A model generated the notes under the pieces. It was not told where the DNA came from, ran no database searches, and worked only from the letters and a program-made list of their open reading frames with translations. A stretch of DNA of 10,730 nt, taken from a virus. Its lineage: Duplodnaviria > Heunggongvirae > Uroviricota > Caudoviricetes. This document shows, piece after piece, positions 1-7,383 of this stretch (the stretch's first letter is position 1; each line of letters starts with the position of its first letter). Position numbers and translations under genes: made by a program. The stretch lies in IMG/VR virus record IMGVR_UViG_2703718851_000007; one strand, written 5' to 3'.

Positions 1-249
1 TTAGTCGTCATTGTCCATTGAGTTAGCTTTAGCGGCTGCAACAGCTTTTGCATCCTGCTCGACGAATTTTCTAGCTGCTTTCCTAAGCTGAGTGATTTTT
101 TCTGGGTCAGTAGATGGGTCTACAATAACTGCACCACGCCCTACGACCTTGATGTTTTTAACACCAGATTTGTTCAAACGATCGGCCATGGCTTGTCCGC
201 CTTTGACCAAATCATTCAGCCCAAACATCTTCATGACTAGTTCTGACAT
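1..249 (-). CDS. Small hypothetical protein (82 aa), Lys/Ala-rich, family not recognised
   Basis: Complete ORF on minus strand: ATG at 249-247, TAA at 3-1. Perfect Shine-Dalgarno AGGAGG (plus-strand CCTCCT 255-260) 5 nt upstream of the ATG. Product MSELVMKMFGLNDLVKGG...KNIKVVGRGAVIVDPS...; no confident family assignment by eye. Confidence 0.55.
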   Translation of the reverse strand: MSELVMKMFGLNDLVKGGQAMADRLNKSGVKNIKVVGRGAVIVDPSTDPEKITQLRKAARKFVEQDAKAVAAAKANSMDNDD

Positions 250-254
250 AAAGA

Positions 255-260
255 CCTCCT
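255..260 (-). promoter_or_regulatory. Ribosome-binding site (AGGAGG) of the 1..249 gene
   Basis: Plus strand CCTCCT at 255-260 = AGGAGG on the minus strand, spacing 5 nt to the ATG at 249. Confidence 0.6.
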
Positions 261-544
261 TTCAGTCCCCCCAATGTATCCTTTTGAGGCATTTATTGCT
301 CCCCGCAGAACGGGGCGCGGGATTTTACCATAATCTACGTACTGGCTCCAAGATTTCCCGCGTGTTCCTAGTACTAGGACAGCTGCCTGAGTACCAAGTT
401 CACCTATAACATATATGCTTGGTTCGAATTTTTGCAAGGTAAAAAGTGCCTTATGTTTAAGTATGTATGATGTGGATATGACGAACATAACCACATCACA
501 AATAACTTTTTATCAGGTTTCAGTGGCTATTTGTTCGGGCAGCA

Positions 545-1198
545 TCAAGCCTGTTTTGTATCATTAGTATTTTTAGCGGTATGTCCGTCATATGCAGCAA
601 GGTAACTGCCATAGTGACGAAATAGCATTTCTGGTCCCTTATGGCCCATCTGGCCTGCAAGCCAGAACAGGTTCGCACCACGGCTGATATGGCTGGTGGC
701 GAATGTATGCCTGGTCTGATATGGGTTACGGTACCGGATACCTGCTTTACGTAAGGTTGGTATCCACGCTTTTTTCCTTATCGCATCGGCGCTGGCCCAC
801 GGTTTGTTTGTCTTTGGATCTTCAAAGACAGTAGCATCCTTCATGAATGTAAATGGCTTCTGATTTATCAGCGCCAACATTGCCTCTTCTGTCAGTTCAA
901 CTTTACGAGTACCGGCTTTTGTCTTTGTTCCTTTGATAACACCGACAACACTTGCGCTCTGGACATGGGCAGTTTTTCCAACAAAGTCGATATCACGCCA
1001 TCGAAGGGCACATAATTCAGAACTACGCAGGCCTGTATGTATAGCGAACCGGAACAGATTTTCCCATTGTTTGTTTCCGGCTGCTGCTAGTAATGCATCA
1101 ACTTCTGCTGGTGATAGCGGATCAACCACGTAGCTGCTTTCTGCTTCTGACTTATCACTTTGGTAGCGCGAAGCAGTTAACCGCAATGCGTCGAATGT
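545..1198 (-). pseudogene. Phage tyrosine integrase, 5'-truncated (catalytic domain only)
   Basis: Minus-strand frame is open only between an in-frame TAA (plus 1199-1201) and the stop at 545; no ATG near the 5' end (first start-like codon is TTG at 1186). Translation carries tyrosine-recombinase catalytic motifs (HTGLRSSEL, RHTFATSH, MGHKGPEMLFRHYGSY) but only about 25 residues precede the catalytic domain, whereas phage integrases are typically 330-400 aa with N-terminal arm/core-binding domains. Confidence 0.7.
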
Positions 1199-1886
1199 TT
1201 ATCAGCTTAACGTTGCGAAGCTTCAGGCAGCGGCATTTTCTCAACTGTCAGATTCTGACCCGTCAAAATCTGACGCATCAAAATCTGACCCGTCAAAATT
1301 TGATGCGTCGAAATCTGGCAAAAAAGCGGGTTTTCACCCGTCAGAATCTGGCGGGGATCCGTCAGTAAAATCAAAACATGATCCGTCAGATAAAAAAACT
1401 TCTCGTCCGGACGCTTCGCAACCGGACACGCAGACGGCTGAACAGGAGTTTTTAACTCGCCATCCTGATGCGGTTGTATTCAGCCCTAAAAAGCGCCAGT
1501 GGGGAACGCAGGATGATTTGACCTGCGCACAGTGGCTCTGGAAAAAAATCATCGCCCTGTACGAGCATGCCGCCGAATGTGACGGCGAGGTGGTTCGTCC
1601 CAAAGAACCGAACTGGACAGCCTGGGCAAACGAAATTCGCCTGATGTGTGTGCAGGATGGTCGTACTCATAAACAAATCTGCGAGATGTACAGCCGCGTC
1701 AGTCGCGATCCGTTCTGGTGCCGTAACGTGCTCAGCCCGTCGAAGCTGCGGGAAAAATGGGATGAGCTTTCCCTGCGCTTATCGCCGTCCGTCAGCACGT
1801 ACACAGAAAAACGCGAAGACCCGTACTTCAAAGCCAGTTACGACAATGTGGACTACAGCCAGATCCCGGCAGGATTCAGGGGGTGA
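1167..1886 (+). pseudogene. Lambdoid replication-initiator (O-like) gene, 3' fragment carrying internal iterons; no start codon
   Basis: Plus frame is open from 1167 (after TAG 1164-1166) to TGA 1884-1886 with no ATG or GTG; the first TTG is at 1518 (the 122-aa ORF in the track). The frame encodes a pentapeptide-repeat linker (SDPSK-SDASK-SDPSK-FDASK) across the 15-bp iterons, then a C-terminal domain (...CAQWLWKKIIALYEHAAECDGEVVRPKEPNWTAWANEIR...). Iterons inside the initiator gene followed by an A+T-rich stretch is the lambda O/ori layout. Family assignment is by architecture, not a recognised sequence match. Confidence 0.45.
1249..1323. repeat. Five tandem 15-bp direct repeats (iteron-like, putative ori)
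   Basis: Units TCAGATTCTGACCCG / TCAAAATCTGACGCA / TCAAAATCTGACCCG / TCAAAATTTGATGCG / TCGAAATCTGGCAAA at 1249, 1264, 1279, 1294, 1309. Degenerate copies follow at 1341-1355 and 1386-1400, with an A+T-rich tract at 1362-1400. Confidence 0.7.
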
Positions 1887-1888
1887 TC

Positions 1889-2377
1889 ATGAGTCTTTTG
1901 AATGACGTTCAGAAATTCATTGAAGCCCATCCGGGGTGTACTTCCGGAGACATTGCGGATGCTTTTGCAGGTTACTCACGGCAGCGCGTTCTGCAGTCAG
2001 CAAGCAAGTTACGTCAGAGTGGTCGTGTGGCTCACCGTTGTGAAGGGGATACACGCAGACATTTCCCGCGCCTGACTGAGAGAGCGCAGGAGGCGGAACC
2101 GCAACCAGTTCGTGAAACCAGACCTGTGCGCAATTTCTATGTCGGCACTAACGATCCCCGGGTGATTTTGTGCCTGACCCGCCAGGCGGAAGAACTGGAG
2201 TCCAGGGGCTTATACCGTCGTGCTGCAACGGTGTGGATGGCGGCATTCCGTGAAAGCCACTCCCAGCAAGAGCGAAACAATTTTCTTGCGCGTCGTGAGC
2301 GGTGTTTACGGAAAAGCAGCAAGCGCGCTGTATCGGGTGAAGAGTGGTATCTGTCAGGGAATTACGTGGGGGCGTAA
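1889..2377 (+). CDS. PerC-family-like transcriptional regulator (phage-encoded)
   Basis: ATG at 1889 preceded by GGGGGTGA; the track ORF begins at GTG 1883. Stop TAA 2375-2377 overlaps the next start (TAATG). C-terminal segment ...TRQAEELESRGLYRRAATVWMAAFRESHSQQERNNFLARRERCL resembles the PerC/Pch motif (KGLWRRAA...W) as recalled; the N-terminal 100 aa are unassigned. Confidence 0.45.
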   Translation: MSLLNDVQKFIEAHPGCTSGDIADAFAGYSRQRVLQSASKLRQSGRVAHRCEGDTRRHFPRLTERAQEAEPQPVRETRPVRNFYVGTNDPRVILCLTRQAEELESRGLYRRAATVWMAAFRESHSQQERNNFLARRERCLRKSSKRAVSGEEWYLSGNYVGA

Positions 2378-2703
2378 TGACGACGTTAACTCAATGCCAG
2401 CAGCAGGTGCTGGATATGCTGATTTCTTACCAGAAAGAACGTGGCTTCCCGCCAACCAATCAGGAGGTGGCTACCATGCTGGGATACCGTTCAGTGAATG
2501 CAGCGGTGGAGCATCTTCGCGCACTGGAGAAAAAAGGCGTCATCACGATAAAGCGTGGCGTGGCCCGGGGGATAAAGCTTCATACCGCGGTGAAGGACGA
2601 CGACAGCGAGGCGGTCGGGATTATCCGCTCACTGCTTGCCGGTGAGGAAAACGCCAGGCTGCGTGCAGCCCACTGGTTACATGAGAGGGGCCTGAAAGTA
2701 TGA
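2377..2703 (+). CDS. LexA-like DNA-binding-domain protein lacking the S24 peptidase domain
   Basis: From ATG 2377: MTTLTQCQQQVLDMLISYQKERGFPPTNQEVATMLGYRSVNAAVEHLRALEKKGVITIKRGVARGIKL... aligns residue-for-residue with the LexA N-terminal winged helix ([68 protein letters not shown]), including the recognition-helix residues (S.NAA.EH). A hinge-like LLAGEEN (compare LexA VAAGEP) is present, but the protein stops about 20 residues later; the Ser/Lys peptidase domain is absent. The track ORF starts at GTG 2344; ATG 2377 is preferred by homology and coupling. Confidence 0.7.
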   Translation: MTTLTQCQQQVLDMLISYQKERGFPPTNQEVATMLGYRSVNAAVEHLRALEKKGVITIKRGVARGIKLHTAVKDDDSEAVGIIRSLLAGEENARLRAAHWLHERGLKV

Positions 2704-3305
2704 AGTTGATCCTTCCTTTCCCGCCCAGCGTGAACACGTACTGGCGACACCCCAACAAAGGGGCATTTGCTGGTAAGAGCCTGATAAGCGCGGCGGGGCG
2801 AAAATTTCAGAGCGCGGCGTGCGCAGCAATAGTTGAGCAGTTACGTCGTCTGCCGAAACCAACGTCGGCACCTGCTTCAGTGGAGATCGTGTTGTTTCCT
2901 CCGGATAAACGCACCTGCGCCAGCGCACCGCTGGATCCGCTGACCCGCGCCGTGGTGATTTCCCTGTTTACCTGGCGGCGGGCGGAGCCTGATGACAATG
3001 CCGACGTCCCGATGGGATGGTGGGGGGATACCTGGCCTGCGGTACAGAATGACCGTTACGGCTCCCGACTGTGGCTGCTTCAGCGCAGCAAACTGACCAA
3101 TCAGCTGGTGCAGACGGTAAGGGGGTATATCCGCGAATGCCTGCAATGGATGATTGATGACGGCGTGGTGTCCCGTATTGATCTGGATATTCGCCGCACC
3201 GGGATTAATGAACTGGGTAACAGTATCACTCTCTGGTGTCGTGACGGACCGGTAATGATTTCTTTTGATGATCTGTGGAGTGCGATAACGCATGGCGGAC
3301 AGTGA
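2700..3305 (+). CDS. Chimeric ORF: RusA-like (Holliday-junction resolvase) N-terminal fragment fused in frame to a GPW/gp25-like baseplate wedge C-terminus
   Basis: N-terminus MKLILPFPPSVNTYWRH...VEIVLFPPDKR parallels RusA (ITLPWPPSNNRYYRH...IRIECHMPDRRRRDLDN), but the catalytic Asp cluster is missing. C-terminal part (...RYGSRLWLLQRSKL...WMIDDGVVSRIDLDI...) resembles gp25/GPW baseplate proteins and sits immediately upstream of baseplate J. Start ATG 2700 overlaps the previous stop (ATGA). Confidence 0.45.
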   Translation: MKLILPFPPSVNTYWRHPNKGAFAGKSLISAAGRKFQSAACAAIVEQLRRLPKPTSAPASVEIVLFPPDKRTCASAPLDPLTRAVVISLFTWRRAEPDDNADVPMGWWGDTWPAVQNDRYGSRLWLLQRSKLTNQLVQTVRGYIRECLQWMIDDGVVSRIDLDIRRTGINELGNSITLWCRDGPVMISFDDLWSAITHGGQ

Positions 3306-4350
3306 ATTTCAGCGCCCGACGCTGGCAGAAAATATCAGTATGCTCCGTAACGATTTATTCGCCAGGCTGGACGTCAGCGACACGCTCCGGCGCATGGATG
3401 AAGACGTGCGGGCAAAGGTGTATGCGGCGGCGCTGCATACGGTTTACGGTTACATCGATTATCTGGCAATGAACATGCTGCCTGACCTGTGCGATGAGTC
3501 CTGGCTGGCGCGACATGCTGCGATGAAACGGTGTCCGCGCAAGGGGGCCACGGCTGCCAGCGGGTATATGCGCTGGGAAGGTGTCAGCGATGGCCTGAAG
3601 GTGACCGCCGGGAGTGTTATTCAGCGCGATGACCTGGTTCAGTACACGGCAACTGCCGATGCAACCAGCTCCGGTGGTGTCCTGCGCGTGCCGATCGCCT
3701 GCTCAAGTGCAGGTGCGGTCGGTAACGCTGACGACGGTACGGCATTAATCCTGGTCACGCCGGTGAATGGTCTGCCGTCTTCCGGTGTGGCTGACACCCT
3801 TACAGGCGGATTTGATACTGAAGAGCTGGAAACGTGGCGCGCCCGCGTCATTGAGCGGTATTACTGGACGCCTCAGGGCGGGGCTGACGGGGACTATGTC
3901 GTCTGGGCTAAAGAAGTGCCCGGCATTACCCGCGCATGGACATACCGTCACTGGATGGGAACGGGAACTGTCGGTGTGATGATTGCCAGCAGTGACCTGA
4001 TTAATCCCATTCCGGAAGAATCAACGGAAACGGCAGCAAGACAACATATCGTGCCACTGGCCCCGGTGGCAGGCTCTGATTTGTATGTATTCAGGCCGGT
4101 GGCACATACGGTGGATTTTCATATCCGCGTGACGCCGGACACACCAGAAATACGAGCCGCCATCACCGCGGAGTTGCGTTCGTTTCTTCTGCGTGATGGT
4201 TATCCGCAGGGAGAACTGAAGGTATCGCGTATCAGTGAGGCGATTTCCGGTGCGAACGGGGAATACAGCCATCAGTTGCTTGCACCGGTGGACAATATCT
4301 CCATTGCGAAAAACGAACTGGCGGTACTGGGGACGATTTCATGGACGTGA
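3292..4350 (+). CDS. Baseplate J-like protein (P2 gpJ / Mu gp47 family)
   Basis: 352-aa ORF. C-terminal motifs (...[33 protein letters not shown]...[24 protein letters not shown]...) parallel P2 gpJ (...ISVTSPSPACVTISVLS...LYLYPGPESEPIRAAAVKKLEAYI...). Gene order W-J-I-fibre is canonical. Start overlaps the upstream ORF by 14 nt. Confidence 0.8.
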   Translation: MADSEFQRPTLAENISMLRNDLFARLDVSDTLRRMDEDVRAKVYAAALHTVYGYIDYLAMNMLPDLCDESWLARHAAMKRCPRKGATAASGYMRWEGVSDGLKVTAGSVIQRDDLVQYTATADATSSGGVLRVPIACSSAGAVGNADDGTALILVTPVNGLPSSGVADTLTGGFDTEELETWRARVIERYYWTPQGGADGDYVVWAKEVPGITRAWTYRHWMGTGTVGVMIASSDLINPIPEESTETAARQHIVPLAPVAGSDLYVFRPVAHTVDFHIRVTPDTPEIRAAITAELRSFLLRDGYPQGELKVSRISEAISGANGEYSHQLLAPVDNISIAKNELAVLGTISWT

Positions 4351-4925
4351 CAAACGATGATTACATCCGCCTGTTATCGGCACTGTTGCCGCCCGGTCCG
4401 GCGTGGTCAGCCAGCGATCCGGCGATTGCCGGTGCGGCACCGTCATTAACCCGTGTTCATCAGCGTGCGGATGCCCTGATGCGGGAGCTGGATCCGCGCA
4501 CCACCACTGAACTGATAAACCGCTGGGAGCGTCTGTGCGGTCTGCCGGATGAATGTATTCCGGCGGGAACGCAGACCCTTCGCCAGCGTCAGCAACGGCT
4601 GGATGCGAAGGTTAACCTGGCGGGCGGCATCAACGAGGATTTTTATCTTGCACAGCTTGCTGCCCTGGGCAGACCAGATGCCACCATCACGCGATACGAC
4701 AAAAGCACGTTCACCTGCTCATCGGCCTGTACTGACGCGGTGAATGCGCCGGAATGGCGGTATTACTGGCAGGTCAACATGCCAGCCACCACCAACGCCA
4801 CCTGGATGACATGTGGCGATCCCTGTGATTCCGCACTGCGTATCTGGGGTGACACCGTTGTCGAGTGTGTGCTTAACAAACTCTGCCCGTCGCATACCTA
4901 CATAATTTTTAAATATCCGGAGTAA
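4341..4925 (+). CDS. Phage tail protein, YmfQ/DUF2313-like (gpI position)
   Basis: 194-aa ORF whose ATG 4341 overlaps the baseplate J stop (ATGGACGTGA). It occupies the slot between baseplate J and the tail fibre. Resemblance to the e14 YmfQ-type tail protein is from recollection, not an alignment. Confidence 0.5.
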   Translation: MDVTNDDYIRLLSALLPPGPAWSASDPAIAGAAPSLTRVHQRADALMRELDPRTTTELINRWERLCGLPDECIPAGTQTLRQRQQRLDAKVNLAGGINEDFYLAQLAALGRPDATITRYDKSTFTCSSACTDAVNAPEWRYYWQVNMPATTNATWMTCGDPCDSALRIWGDTVVECVLNKLCPSHTYIIFKYPE

Positions 4926-4928
4926 TCC

Positions 4929-5507
4929 ATGCATCGTATAGACACGAAAACCGCGCAGAAGGATAAGTTCGGCGCGGGTAAGAACGGTTTTACCCGTGGT
5001 AACCCCCAGACTGGCACACCAGCCACCGATCTGGATGATGACTACTTTGACATGTTGCAGGAAGAACTTTGTAGCGTTGTTGAGGCATCCGGTGCCAGTC
5101 TGGAGAAGGCGCGGCACGACCAGTTGCTTACCGCGCTTCGTGCTCTGCTGTTAAGCCGCAAGAATCCGTTTGGTGATATCAAATCGGACGGCACGGTGAA
5201 AAAGGGTATTAACTTTCGCAGCCTGACCGACAGCATAGATACGTCTTCACCAATGGGACGCTTTTTCTTCCATGTCATGGGCGCACTTGCCGAAATGGAA
5301 AGGGAGCTGATAGTCGAACGTACCAGGGCGGGATTGGCTGCGGCTCGTGAAGAAGGGCGAATAGGTGGGCGTCGATCAAAGCTAACTGATGAACAGTGGG
5401 CGCAGGCAGGAAGGTTGGTTGCAGCAGGTGAATCACGACAGCGTGTGGCATTAATTTACGATGTTGGGATATCGACGCTATATAAAAAATTTCCGGCAAC
5501 CAGGTAA
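4929..5507 (+). pseudogene. Fusion of a tail-fibre N-terminal constant region (about 92 aa) to the C-terminal half of a Pin/Gin/Hin-family DNA invertase
   Basis: ATG 4929 with GGAG RBS. Residues 93-192 ([100 protein letters not shown]) are near-identical to the Pin/Gin C-terminal half including the HTH. The invertase N-terminal catalytic domain (active-site Ser about residue 10) is absent. Residues 1-92 ([47 protein letters not shown]...) look like a phage tail-fibre N-terminus. Confidence 0.75.
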
Positions 5508-5575
5508 ATCATTGAGTTATGCGACGATGATGACTGATGGTGGCTAATGCCATTGATCTCCGTTTAAATAAAAAC

Positions 5576-5595
5576 TACTGTATATAATATCAGTA
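5576..5595. promoter_or_regulatory. LexA operator (SOS box) overlapping the putative umuDC promoter
   Basis: TACTGTATATAATATCAGTA: palindromic CTGT-N8-(T)CAG with an AT-rich spacer, 17 bp upstream of the umuD ATG. Compare the E. coli umuDC box TACTGTATATAAAAACAGTA; the right half TCAG also occurs in the uvrA box. A TATAAT hexamer (5583-5588) lies inside the box. Confidence 0.7.
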
Positions 5596-5611
5596 TTAAT
5601 TGACGGTGATT

Positions 5612-6034
5612 ATGATGCAGTTTTTCACTCCCTCCGGGTTGCGTGCAGTGCAGCCGCTTCCACTCTATGGCGATCTTGTACCCTGTGGTTTCCCAAGCCC
5701 TGCTCAGGACTACGTTGAACAGCGTATCGATCTTAACGAGCTACTGATACAACACCCCAGCGCCACGTACTTCGTTAAGGCATCTGGTGACTCGATGATT
5801 GATGCCGGGATCGGCGAAGGCGATTTACTGGTAGTGGACAGTTCACGCAAGGCAGAGCACGGCGATATCGTTATTGCTGCGGTGGACGGGGAATTTACCG
5901 TTAAGCGCCTACAGTTATGGCCAACTGTCCAGCTTAACCCTGAAAACCGCGCCTGGTCGCCTATCATCATCGGGAGCGAAGAAACGCTCGATGTTTTTGG
6001 TGTGGTGACGTTCATCGTGAAATCGACGGGTTGA
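5612..6034 (+). CDS. umuD: UmuD (SOS mutagenesis protein, S24 peptidase-like, DNA polymerase V subunit)
   Basis: Strong similarity to E. coli UmuD over the whole length: cleavage site LVPC-GFPSP, catalytic Ser (KASGDSM) and Lys (EFTVKRLQL) all present. ATG 5612 chosen (MMQFF...); the track starts at TTG 5600. Stop TGA 6032-6034 sits 2 nt before the umuC ATG. Confidence 0.9.
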   Translation: MMQFFTPSGLRAVQPLPLYGDLVPCGFPSPAQDYVEQRIDLNELLIQHPSATYFVKASGDSMIDAGIGEGDLLVVDSSRKAEHGDIVIAAVDGEFTVKRLQLWPTVQLNPENRAWSPIIIGSEETLDVFGVVTFIVKSTG

Positions 6035-6036
6035 TC

Positions 6037-7305
6037 ATGTACGCGTTGTGTGATGTGAACTCGTTCTATGCCTCCTGTGAAACTGTATTTCGCCCGGATC
6101 TCAAAGGTAGGCCGGTTGTGGTGCTTTCCAACAATGACGGTTGTGTTATTGCCCGCAGCACAGAGGCAAAGAAACTGGGTATCAAAATGGGTGAGCCGTA
6201 CTTCAGGCAGAAGGACTTTTTCCGGCGCCATGGGGTGGTGTGCTTCAGCAGCAACTATGAGCTGTATGCGGATATGTCTAACCGGGTGATGACCACGCTG
6301 GAAGAAATGTCGCCGCGCTGTGAAATTTACTCGATAGACGAGGCATTTTGTGACCTCACTGGTGTACGTAACTGTCGTGATCTGACTGATTTTGGCCGTG
6401 AAATCCGTGCTACTGTTCTGCAGCGAACGCATCTGACAGTGGGTGTTGGCATTGCCCAGACCAAGACGCTGGCCAAGCTGGCCAACCACGCGGCCAAACA
6501 ATGGCAGCGGCAGACGGGCGGGGTGGTAGACCTGTCCAGTGTCGATCGCCAGCGCAAACTGATGGCCGCGCTGCCGGTTGATGAAGTCTGGGGCATCGGT
6601 CGGCGTATTTCGAAAAAACTGGAGGCGATGGGGATCAAGACCGTACTGCAACTCGCTGATACGGACATCCGTTTTATCCGTAAACATTTTAATGTCGTGC
6701 TGGAGCGAACGGTGCGTGAGTTACGCGGAGAACCCTGCCTGGCACTGGAAGAATTCGCGCCAGTGAAACAGGAAATTATCTGTTCCCGCTCTTTTAGCGG
6801 TCGTATCACGGAGTATGAAGAGATGCGCCAGGCGATCTGCAGCTATGCCTCGCGGGCGGCAGAGAAACTGCGTGGCGAGCACCAGTATTGCCGTTTTATC
6901 TCGGCGTTTGTGAAGACCAGCCCGTTCGCACTGAACGAGCCCTATTATGGCAATAATGCCTCCGTGAAGCTTCTGACGCCTACGCAGGACAGTCGGGATA
7001 TCATCAGTGCAGCCATCCGCTGTCTGGACGCCATATGGCAAGACGGATATCGGTATCAGAAAGCCGGGGTGATGTTGGGTGATTTCTTCAGTCAGGGCGT
7101 GGCCCAGCTCAACTTGTTCGATGATAACGCGCCGCGCCCGGGCAGTGAGAAACTGATGGAAGTGCTGGATCACCTCAATGCCAAAGGCGGGAGGGGGACG
7201 CTGTATTTTGCAGGACAGGGTATCCAGCAGCAGTGGCAGATGAAACGGGAAATGCTTTCTCCACGTTACACCACCCGATTCTCTGATCTACCCGTTGTCA
7301 GGTGA
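6037..7305 (+). CDS. umuC: UmuC (Y-family DNA polymerase V catalytic subunit)
   Basis: [22 protein letters not shown]...[11 protein letters not shown]...[29 protein letters not shown]... is near-colinear with E. coli UmuC (MFALCDVNAFYASCE...), with the catalytic Asp/Glu residues conserved. ATG 6037 preferred over TTG 6031. Confidence 0.92.
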   Translation: MYALCDVNSFYASCETVFRPDLKGRPVVVLSNNDGCVIARSTEAKKLGIKMGEPYFRQKDFFRRHGVVCFSSNYELYADMSNRVMTTLEEMSPRCEIYSIDEAFCDLTGVRNCRDLTDFGREIRATVLQRTHLTVGVGIAQTKTLAKLANHAAKQWQRQTGGVVDLSSVDRQRKLMAALPVDEVWGIGRRISKKLEAMGIKTVLQLADTDIRFIRKHFNVVLERTVRELRGEPCLALEEFAPVKQEIICSRSFSGRITEYEEMRQAICSYASRAAEKLRGEHQYCRFISAFVKTSPFALNEPYYGNNASVKLLTPTQDSRDIISAAIRCLDAIWQDGYRYQKAGVMLGDFFSQGVAQLNLFDDNAPRPGSEKLMEVLDHLNAKGGRGTLYFAGQGIQQQWQMKREMLSPRYTTRFSDLPVVR

Positions 7306-7383
7306 TTTTCCGGTGACAGATTCTTCGGAAAACGGTGGATGAGTTTATTAGAAACGATAAATCAAATGTTCTTATTTTTGATT

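Noticed and set aside
299-327. GC-rich hairpin CCCCG-CAGAA-CGGGG followed by GCGGGATTTT, as an intrinsic terminator
   Set aside because: Only four T residues follow on the plus strand, where no gene reads into it, and the minus-strand orientation has no U-tract; too weak to call.
92-494. ORFs 92-409 (plus) and 237-494 (minus); possible tRNA or att site between gene 1 and the integrase
   Set aside because: The plus ORF is antisense to the RBS-supported small gene, and the minus ORF has no recognisable product. I looked for a tRNA-like cloverleaf or 3' CCA context in 250-544 (integrases often sit next to tRNAs) and could not identify one by eye; an att core may still lie in the AT-rich 400-545 stretch but cannot be defined without the other end.
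1249-1323. Tandem 15-bp repeats considered as a possible CRISPR array or VNTR
   Set aside because: Units are directly abutting with no spacers, are too short for CRISPR repeats, lie in an open reading frame, and are followed by an A+T-rich tract; iterons of a phage origin fit better.
2807-4272. Minus-strand ORFs 2807-2998, 2877-3293, 3639-3851, 3745-3951 and 4021-4272, and plus-strand ORFs 3275-3472 and 3767-3979
   Set aside because: All overlap the coupled plus-strand baseplate genes in alternative frames or antisense, with no motifs; typical GC-rich shadow ORFs.
4929-5507. Possibility that the invertase-like ORF is a functional DNA invertase
   Set aside because: The N-terminal catalytic domain including the active-site serine is replaced by tail-fibre sequence; only the C-terminal half including the HTH is retained.
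5710-6687. 325-aa ORF on the minus strand
   Set aside because: Lies entirely antisense to the well-supported umuD/umuC coding sequence; product is low-complexity with no start context. Treated as a shadow ORF. The same applies to 6327-6809, 6721-7173, 6066-6254 and 6578-6766.
7307-7332. Inverted repeat TTTTCCG...CGGAAAA just after the umuC stop, as a terminator
   Set aside because: A 7-bp AT-rich stem with a 12-nt loop is too unstable to call; the stronger hairpin at 7384-7420 is reported instead.
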